Positions 53,001 through 61,280 of a stretch of 64,000 nucleotides of DNA are shown here, one piece after another. Below the pieces are notes generated by a model. It did no database searches. It was given only the letters and a program-made list of their open reading frames with translations, and had not been told where the DNA came from. This stretch comes from Sphaerodactylus townsendi (lineage: Eukaryota), in the NCBI RefSeq assembly GCF_021028975.2, contig NW_025950352.1:682001-746000 (forward strand). The letters are read 5' to 3'. The translations under genes and the position numbers were made by a program. Numbering within the stretch: position 1 is the first letter of the stretch; every line of letters begins with the position of its first letter.

Positions 53001-56000
53001 GCAGCAAGGACCCCCAACCACTGGGGCATTGTCATCTAGAGACCACCACGGCCATGCAACCTGCTCGTGTCACCACAGAGGCCTCCAGCTCCCCTGCGCT
53101 TTCACGGGTGCCTCTTCCCACAAAACTGCCTCCCCCAGCCTGAACGATCCAGGCAGCTCCCCGGGCTCAGCAGGCAACAGCAACATTGAACAAGTGATTC
53201 TCAGAAGCAAAACAAGGAGTCAGAGAGCCTGCCAGCAGGAGGCGCCCTTTCCTCCCCCGGCCTGGCTCCTCTCCGCAGCCACAAACGTCTCCCAAGAGGT
53301 CCTGCCTGCGGGCCAGCTCAACTCAAGGCCCGGCTGCAAAACAGGAGCTCCGCTGCTCAGGGCTCCGGATGACAGCTAGGAGAACTCCGAGGACAGGTGG
53401 ATGAAGTCATCCAGGGACCCGGGGCCGTGGGCACAGGGCACAGCCAGACCGTCTTCTCTCCTTCCCTTTTCCTGCCACAAGAGAAAAAAGAAAGAAGAGA
53501 AGAGAGTCATTGGGGGCTAGGCTCACCTAAAGGGGTGAAGACATGGGGCGGGGGAGAGAACAGAAGAATTCTGAAGAAAATGGTCATCCCCCCAAACAAA
53601 GACTTTCCCTTATTTTTTCAAAGGAGGAAAGAAACATTTGGCAAGCGCCAGACAGCCAATAAAACGTCATTTCTATAAAAGTTCAGATTTGTCATTTAAA
53701 ACAAGGTTTATACCAGAATATGTAACGTTAAGACTTATTTAAGAATCTGACTCGCAAAATAACTTTTTGTATGCTGTGGACACACGTGTATTTTCAAGCA
53801 TGTATGTGCTGCTTAAACTAGATTACTTTTGTCTATAGCAGTGGTGGCGAACCTATGGCATGGATGCCAGAGGTGGCACTCAGAGCCCTCTCTGTGGGCA
53901 CGTACAGAGTGTTCCCCATCTAGGTTGGCCTGGGCCACTGGGCTCGATTATTAGCATTAAACCTAAGACCTAGTTTTGGGGAAGCAGTATAGGTAACCCT
54001 GTTAAGCGCTGTTAAACCCCACTGATTTTCATGCAAAGAACAAAAGCGCGATCCTTTACCTGGGAGTAAGCTCGGTTGCTGGCAATGGGGCTTGCTTCTG
54101 AGTAAACCCTCCTAGGGTATTGAGTAAACCCTCCTAGGGTATTGAATCACCCATTGGAAGAGTTGTATGGTTGCTTCAAAGCAAAGCCACCGATTACCAC
54201 CAAGCTTATTCCTGAGTAACGCGTGCCTCAGAGCCAACCGTTTTTTCTAAACTAAAACCTCAGTATTCAGGTCAGTGTTGCGCCAACTGCACTGGCTTCC
54301 AGTAGAGTTCCGGATCGTTTTCAAGGTGTTGGTGCTGACCTTTAAGGCCTTACGCGGCCTGGGACCCTCGTATCTTCGAGACCGCATCACCCCATATGTT
54401 CCCACACGGCCTCTTCGTTCCGTAGAGGCCAATTTGCTAGTGGTTCCCGGCCCCTCGATGATGCGGCTGGCCTCCACACGGGCCAGGGCCTTCACAGCCC
54501 TGGCCCCGGCCTGGTGGAACGCTCTTCCACCAGCTATCCGGGCCCTGCGGGACCTTGGTGAGTTCCGCAGGGCCTGCAAGACAGAGCTGTTCCGCCGGGC
54601 CTTTGGAGAGACCAGCCGCTGATGGTGCCCCCCCCCTCTCTTTGGCCCTACACCTGGGCCTTTAACATCTATCAAGATCTGCCGTTCCTCTCTAGAGGGA
54701 AGAATTTAATATTAGGTATCGGGCACCACCTATACCTATATATATCTATGCTTTTATTCATTTTACATTTTATATGTTAATATACATGTTTATATGTTAA
54801 TATGTAGCTAGTTTCGCTGCTTTTATAAGTTTTAGCCTATTTATGATATTTTATGACTGTATCCACTGTGTGCTGTGCGCCGCCCAGAGCCCTTCGGGGA
54901 CGGGGCGGGATAGAAATTTAAAGTATAAAATAAAATAAATAAATAAATTGCTGCGTTGGCACTTTGTGATAAATAAGTGGGTTTTGGGTTGCAATTTGGG
55001 TACTCGGTCTCGAAAAGGTTCGCCATCACTGGTCTATAGTGTGCTATCTGAACAAGACGCTACTGCGTCATGTAACACACCCAGCGCTTCAAAGCTGCAG
55101 AGCTCCAAATAAGCTGTGATCCTGAGGTGATCCTGTGACCCTGACTCCTGAGGTGGCGCACCACATGCGGGGTCTCTTGGTTGGGTTTTGGGAGAGAGGG
55201 CAGGGCAGCGATTGTGGGGGTGGGGGGAAAGGATTCAAATTATATTTTGTATCCTGAGGAAACTACTGTCCGCTCTGGACAGCTTCCGAACTGAGGAGGG
55301 AAAACTCTCGGTTGTTTGTTCTCGAAGAAAACCGGGCCTCCTCTTCGGGGTGCTCGTCCTCCTAGCCAGACTCCTCCTCTGAGAAGAGTTCTCTCTCTTC
55401 CCTGAGGTCGTATTCGCCCTCGGAATCTGAGGAGGGCACTCTCTGAGGACTGGTGTGCCTGCACTTTTGGGCCGCCTTAATGGGCCAGGCTGCATCCCCA
55501 CCCCAAAGGAGTTGCATGTGGCTGGATCCGCAGCTGCTAAGGGGCTTGTGGCCCTCACGGGGGTGAGGCGTGGAGACATATCCATTAACCCCAGCCCTGG
55601 TAAGCTCTGCCCAAAGAGAACGTTCACCTGCTTCTTGAGGACTTCCTTAACAAAGACACGGAAGTCTGGTGGCCGAGGGGGGAGGGGGGACTGGGGGCGG
55701 GCACATTTCCCAATTGGGAATCCTGCTGAGAGGCACAGGGATTGATCAATTCCTCTGGCATGTTGCCAGAGCAGCTGGGAACTCCGGCTGCATTTCGGCA
55801 CGGTGTTGTTCTCGCTTTCATGGCTTAGGGAGCAATTTGGCCACTGTGTTCTTTGCCATTGGGACACCCTTCGTCAGCAGGGCTGCTCAGAAGACCGTGG
55901 ACATGCTGACGAAGGCTTCCAGGGGCCAGTTCCCCATATTCTTGGAGAGGAGGTTGGAGTTGGAGCCCCACCACATCTTAAGAGGCTGGGGAGGTGCCCC

Positions 56001-59000
56001 ACCACCTGTAAGGCTCCCGGGAGAGGAAGCTGTAAAGATCAGAGAAGAGGGGCCAGCAATCCCGGCAAGGGGTAGGTTGGAGGAATTAGAGTAAGGAGAG
56101 AGGGGAAGGAGACAAAAGAGGAACAAATGCACAAAAGAGGCAGGGTGGAGCAGGTAATCAGAAGCATGCTACTCCCCTTGGAGGCAGGAATCACACTGGA
56201 GCAAAGGAGAAGGGGTCCCTCTCCATAGGGAGAGGAAGAAATTTCATTTCCTGCCTCCCCAATGGGAACCATCCACAAGATGTCCTCTAGCTCAAGGGAG
56301 AACTACAGCATTTCCACTTTCAAACCCCATAAACGACTACCAAATAACGCCACTTAGACACTGAAGTATAAGTAGTGCATTTCAGGTAACTAAAGCAGTA
56401 AAATAAATTTCGTCTCACTAAACTGGTTTCCCCAACATGTAACTCCAAATACTTCAAACACAGTTTTCCTTCCCATAGCTTCAAAATCTACAGACGTTTT
56501 ACGCCTCTTGGCTCACCCTGGCCCACCTTCACTTGGCCAAGCCAGGGCCCCTTTAACTCCGCAGCACCTTGTTTCTGCCACGGCCACCCCAGTACTGCTC
56601 CACTCAAGCCGGCACCACCTCCCTTAAGTGCGGCACAGCCCAAGCGCGGAAACCTTGGGGGCCTAGGCCCCCCCACGGCCATCAATTGGGAAGGCACATT
56701 TGCACTCCACTTCGTGCCTGTGGGTTTCTTCCCAGGGCTTCAGCATAGTTATTACCCGGCTACTGTGGGAGACACCCTGAGTAAGCCCCCTACGGCCTGC
56801 CACTTCCCTCCAGAAAGGGGTAGGGGTCCCTGTTGCAAATAATCTCACTTCTTGCATTCTTTTATTCCTTCTCCACCAATAACTCACAACCCAGCCTGAA
56901 CACGCACACACAAAACAAGACGCACAACCTCACAGGTGAGGAACAGATCATAAAGATGAAGATCACGCTGAAGGGCAGCTGTTGCCCACTAAGCATCCAG
57001 CCAGACCTTGCCAAGACCACAGAACATTCCGCGGGGATTCCCTCACTCAGGCAGCAACTGGGATTCTCCCACAGAGTTTTTGAGCGGAGAAAAAGCGGCA
57101 TCTTTACCTGCTGGTACCGCAAGATTCCTTCTTTCTCCTGCTGCATCCGCCGCAGCTCCACGTCATCTGGTCTGTAGCTGCCAGGAACCACGTAAGCAGC
57201 AGGCCGGTCAGTGCTGCACATTTCACAGCCAGGGCGGGTGGGCTTGTTGATGAATGTGCAGGTGGGGCACGACCACCCAGCCTGCAAGACAAGCAGAGGA
57301 CCCTGGCTGAGCGGCCGCTCCGTGCCCTGGAGCCCCCCCCTTCACCTACAGTCCCCCCCAGGATTGAGGCGCATCTCCCACAGGGGACAGAGGGTCCTAC
57401 CTGGGTGGGGGAAGGGGGGGCAACCTCTGGAGGGGCTCGAGTGTGGCTGGGAAGGAAGTTGGAGAGCTGCAGCGCAGACAGCCTCTCCTCGAGATCCACC
57501 TTCTTGCTTCCATGCGATGCACCTGCTGGTGAAAAATGCACCAGGGAGAAACGTTACCTCCTCGCAGGGAGACAGAGGAGGAGGCTGGCAACCGGCTGAT
57601 GCAAGCGTAGGGCCACCCACCTGTCTTTGGCAGAGGGCTGGAGGATGGCTGCCCAACATTAGAGCCGTCCAAGAGCGAAGGTGGGGCTGGCTGCAGCAGC
57701 ACCCAATCTCTGTCCTCTTTGTAGCGCTGCTCTGAGAGCTTCGCAACCTTGGCCGAAAGCAAGTAGAGAAAGGCCGTGTCTCCATCCTTGCAGATCCCGT
57801 AGGAGCCCACAGTCCGGTCGTCCACACAGAGACACTGGCCGATAATCCAGCGCTGGACGCTAGGGTGAAAGCCATACTCCTGAAAGACCTTCGAAAGGGC
57901 AGAAAAGGAACTAATTAGTCCAAGTTACCAGTCCCTCCGTTATGACCTCTGAAGCTCTCTGGACCCCTCCCTGACAGGGAACACCTTTGGGGTGAGAGAG
58001 CAAAAGGCAGAGCAGATTCTCTGGGCTCCTCTTTCTGCCCCTTCCCTGCCCCCCCCCCCCCGGGGCCACTCGCTACCTTCTGTCGGAGAGCAGCAACGGT
58101 GGTATACGTGTGGACCCGAATGGTGATGTTTGCTGAGCACGTAGCATCTTCCACGCCCACCTTCATGCTGCAGGGAAGGGACACGGTGAGCCAGATGACA
58201 AGGGGAGAAAAGCCACACCATCAGATGGCCCTGTCACCCTCAGGGGAAGCTGGCCCAGCCACTGGCTCCACGCGGGCACACAGACCTGATCTCGCTCGTG
58301 GGGTAGCAAGACTCCTTCAGCAGGACACGCAGAGCAGCCTGCTGCTGAGCCAATGCTGTGGCACAGCGCACAGCCTCTTCCTGGTTCCCGAGCCCAATAG
58401 CCACAGACAGCTGGAACGCCAGGTCTTCTGCGGAGAGAAGGACACATAGACAAGCAGGGGCTGACCAGTCTTCTTACTCTCCAAGCTGCCCGCGTCCCCC
58501 TCGCAGGGAAGCTTCAAGCAGTCACAACATTCCCCTCCCGCCTCAAAAATCTGGCTGAACCAAACAATTCTGCAGGCTTCTCGTCACCATGCAGGACTGC
58601 GTTCCCCGAGCCCATTTCTACAAGCTCCAATGACATCTGCAGCAATGCATTCTCCTCACTCGCTCCCCTTGGCACAGACCAACAATCTCTCAGAGAGCCA
58701 CCCCTGTCTCCCACCTCAGAGTGGTCAGAGGAAAGGTCCCAACCCACTGATGCCCTCATCCCTGAGGACTGGGCAGACTTTGTAGCCAAGGAAGCAAATC
58801 TGAGTAGCTGAGCACTATTTTCTTTCAAGCACGACGACTATGGCAAAATGTCCAGGCTGCACAACCAAGGTCTTTCCTAGTAAGTTTTGCTATTGTCCGT
58901 CCTCCAACGCTACTTGTCCACTGAAACAGTTGGAGCAAGCCAGATTTCTTGCAGCCTCCAGTGGCCCCTTTCCCAGTCCTGCCAGCCACCAACCTTTCAT

Positions 59001-60810
59001 AGCCAGCTCCAAGGGCAGAGACGTCTCTGGCTCTGATGCAGGCAGAGAATTCGTAGCAGCTGAGTGATGGAGATGAGATCTTCCAGTCATCACGTGCGGG
59101 CTCTCGGCAGCTGGGGGAGAGACAGGGAGGACGTCAGAGACCCAGAGACTTGTCCCAGAGCTGCCCTGAAAGCCCGACACGGACTGCAAAGCAATGGCAG
59201 AGTGCAGGGAATGAATCAGTATTCCCTGGGGAACATTTGCTCCAACTCTTACTGGCAGCTGCATCAAGAAGAGGCTTCTGGAAGCCTAGAACGCCACCCT
59301 GGAAAGTCAACAAACCTCTAGACAGCGATCTAGGCATTATAGATCTTTAACAATGCACACTGCCCTTAAGAAGTGGGAGGGGCAGCAGATAATAAAGGGC
59401 TGTGAGATCCGACAGCAACTATTCACGTACTGTTATTTACTGTGTTATTTAAACACGGAATGGTTACCACCGCTGTGGGAGCGCCTGTGCACAGGACTCG
59501 CGCGTATGCACTGGGCGCTGCCAGCAAGTACAGGGCCAAAGCCTTGGCACAACAGGATGGGCACATCTTGCGTCCTGCCAGCCAACCCATTTGGAAGGGC
59601 TCCAGGACTGGTACAAGCCAAGCCTTCAACGCACACAGTCTGAGGCCATTCTCCACAATGCACAGAAGAAGTTTATCAGCACCTCCGACTCTCCCGTTCT
59701 CTCAGGCTGATGCTCACAGAGGCCTCATTTGCAGTTCTAATGGGGCCATGTTCTATCACCCACAGGTGTGAGCATCTGGCCTCCTGGCTGCAAATACAGC
59801 TGTGCTTGGCATGAGCAGCCGGCCGGCCATCTCCTCTCTGACCCAACGCCTGCCCTCTTGCCAGCGCCTTCCTGGGCAGCAGCTGACCTTTCTGGACTTC
59901 CCGAAGGGAGCTGCTGACGACTGCCCACCATTCATGCGCCTCATGGTCATCCTCGAAGTGGAAGACAATGGGGTCGTCTGGGCGAGCCAAGACTTTCAGC
60001 TCGTGGCACGTGGGAGTCTTCCTCTCGTAGGAAACCTCTCTGAGGCTGTACTCCACCAGGCTCTGGGGGCAGGAGAAGGCCGTTGAGGGGCTGCACGAGA
60101 ACAAGCTGCCCCAACCCGCCTGAACGATGACAGCCCGCATCGACCAACCCCCCCGCCCCCCCGAACACGCTGCTAAAAAGTGCCCCCCGCCAACCTGACT
60201 GGCCGGCAGCCCCTCCCTCCCGCCACACAGAGCAAAGCGACCCGGCAGGATGAGTGCCCGACCAGGCTCCTTGTAGGGGGGAGCAGGGAGACCCGCCCCG
60301 CAGCACTGCTGCTGCCGCTGCGTCGGGGCCTCCCCCCCCCATCTGTCCCCCACCCCCTCGGGTGGGAAACACGAAGCTCCTCGACAGGGGAGGAAGCCCG
60401 AGGCCAGCGACGCACGGCGACCCCCCCCATCTTGCCCTGGGGGTCGGTGGGGGAGGGAGGACGCGAGCAGAGACCCCCCTCCCTCCCTCCCTCCCTCCCT
60501 CCCCCCCAGAGCCGCCCCATCGTCGGGCAGGAGGCAGCAGGCCCAGGCGCCCCCCCCTCCCCGCAGGGTCTCCGCTCCCCGCCACTGTCCGGCGCTCCCC
60601 CCTCCCGCTCCTCACCGCTTCGGGCCCCGAGTCCGGCCCGCCCCTCAAGCCGATGCGGAAGCGGTCCTGGTCGGGCGCGGCGCTGAGTTGCAGCCGAAGG
60701 AGGCGCCGCCCTGCGCGGCCCGGGAGAGGGAGCGGGGAGGGCCGCGGCACCCAGGCCCGCGCCGACGCCAGCACCGCCGAGCCCGCGCCCCCCGACGCCG
60801 CCGACGCCAT
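41004..60810 (-). CDS. SHARPIN: SHARPIN-locus gene with HOIL-1L/RBCK1-like RBR: PH-LTM-UBL-NZF-RING1-IBR-RING2 (~669 aa, 14 exons)
   Basis: Exons 60616-60810, 59888-60062 (PH fold, [14 protein letters not shown]), 58994-59059, 58286-58427 (LTM), 58077-58167 and 57621-57888 ([19 protein letters not shown]), 57401-57522, 57108-57281 ([23 protein letters not shown]), 47555-47715 and 47328-47439 (RING1), 46907-47086 (IBR), 45081-45179, 42771-42914 (RING2, [11 protein letters not shown]), 41004-41084 (GDTSGGCRC...CHPSCQNCH*). Exons sum to 2010 nt, in frame. Minus-strand AATAAA at 40614-40619. Position tail-to-tail with CYC1 matches SHARPIN synteny. Confidence 0.92.
43372..43630 (+). mobile_element. 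RTE/BovB-like LINE 3' end
   Basis: [50 protein letters not shown]. Confidence 0.75.
43758..44565. mobile_element. Cluster of Penelope-like terminal repeats in both orientations with hammerhead-ribozyme cores
   Basis: Four copies of TCCT-CTGAAGA-TGCC..GGC-GAAA(C/T)GTC-AGGA-like unit plus GTGAAAGCCTTCGACAA-like end. Inverted arms at ~44135-44235 and ~44325-44430. Confidence 0.7.
44675..44820. mobile_element. Palindromic hAT MITE, perfect 146-bp palindrome
   Basis: Two 73-bp arms centred on CCAATTGG; 8-bp TSD CTCTAGGC. Related copies or halves at ~510-590, 22040-22110, 24720-24780, 28105-28220, 31988-32075, 45620-45675, 52250-52385, 61215-61281. Confidence 0.9.
45722..46265 (-). mobile_element. 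CR1 3' fragment (second subfamily) interrupted by SPIN
   Basis: Reverse-complement similarity to 50890-51225 on both sides of 45829-46014. Confidence 0.7.
45829..46014 (+). mobile_element. SPIN (Space Invader) hAT non-autonomous element
   Basis: TIRs C(G/A)GTGGTTCTCAACCT and perfect 8-bp TSD ATCCAGCC. Internal sequences GACCCCTTTGGGGGTCGAACGACCC and CACCACAACATGAGGAACTGTATTAAAGGGTC match the SPIN/URR1 ends as I recall them. Confidence 0.85.
46271..46570 (+). mobile_element. SINE, full length
   Basis: Same family as 33081-33400. Confidence 0.8.
48123..48322 (-). mobile_element. CR1 3' fragment
   Basis: Same 3'UTR and tail as 6218-6420. Confidence 0.8.
49078..49590 (+). mobile_element. hAT non-autonomous element (~510 bp)
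   Basis: TIRs CAGTGTTGGCGAACCT / AGGTTCGCCATCACTG; TSD TCCTATGT/TCCCATGT. Confidence 0.85.
50780..51225 (+). mobile_element. CR1 LINE 3' fragment (second subfamily)
   Basis: Peptide EERLRELG...[16 protein letters not shown]...[15 protein letters not shown]. Confidence 0.8.
53376..53471 (-). CDS. Candidate alternative terminal exon of the SHARPIN-locus gene ([31 protein letters not shown])
   Basis: Long pyrimidine tract followed by TTGTGGCAG acceptor ending at 53472. Phase 0 matches the exon 8 donor; TAG at 53376-53378. Downstream ATTAAA (minus strand) at 52084-52089. Confidence 0.55.
   Translation of the reverse strand, partial: EKGRREDGLAVPCAHGPGSLDDFIHLSSEFS
53839..55031 (+). mobile_element. 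Same hAT element with nested LINE insertion
   Basis: Perfect TSD GTCTATAG; colinear with 49078-49590 except for an insert at ~54273-54944. Confidence 0.85.
54273..54944 (+). mobile_element. L2-clade LINE 3' fragment
   Basis: [36 protein letters not shown]2 C-terminus, open for 115 codons; (TAAA)n tail. Confidence 0.85.
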
Positions 60811-61210
60811 CCGCCCCCCAGCCCCCGCCGGACGGATGCGGAAGCAGCAGGCGCGTTTCCGCTTCCGTCGCCCGCCTCAGGCAGCCCCGCCCTTCGTCTC
60901 CCTGACGCGCCCTCCAGTTGGGACGAGGGGCGGGGCCGCGCCAGGTCACGTGACCTTTCCTCTCGTTCCCCCTGTGCTCCGCCCCCTCTTGCCCAAACCT
61001 CCTACGCAACGCGAGGGCGGGGCCCATTCGCTCGCTCGCCTCCGGGAGGTGGGGGCGTGGCTGGTCCATCCCCGCGCCGCCGCCCCTCCCTCTGGCGGAA
61101 CTCAAAGCCCAAAGGACCGCCGCTGGCCTGAAGCCCCGCCCCCCGCCCGAGCAGGCTCAGCGCCGCCTCCCCGAGGAGGGGGAGGAGGACGGGGGGTTTC
61201 ACAGCCTAGT
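60811..61210 (-). promoter_or_regulatory. SHARPIN-locus CpG-island promoter
   Basis: CpG-rich. Tandem ETS sites (TTTCCGCTTCCG, ~60856-60867), GC boxes, and a perfect 14-bp palindrome AGGTCACGTGACCT (60943-60956; E-box/CLEAR). Confidence 0.75.
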
Positions 61211-61280
61211 TGCGTGGTGGCGAACCTTTGGCGCTCCAGATGTTATGGACTACAATTCCCATCAGCCCCTGCCAGCATGG

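Noticed and set aside
52387-53379. 330-aa plus-strand ORF in the SHARPIN intron
   Set aside because: No recognisable domain or promoter; lies antisense to the predicted 3'UTR of the alternative last exon; GC-rich chance ORF.
55235-56030. 210-aa minus-strand ORF and a possible acceptor at ~56030
   Set aside because: Starts at GTG, preceded by an in-frame stop; no motif or clear polyA signal. Weaker than the 53471 exon, though it cannot be fully excluded as another minor exon.
58514-58828. 104-aa minus-strand ORF in SHARPIN intron 3
   Set aside because: Not needed for frame continuity between exons 3 and 4; no convincing splice sites or homology.
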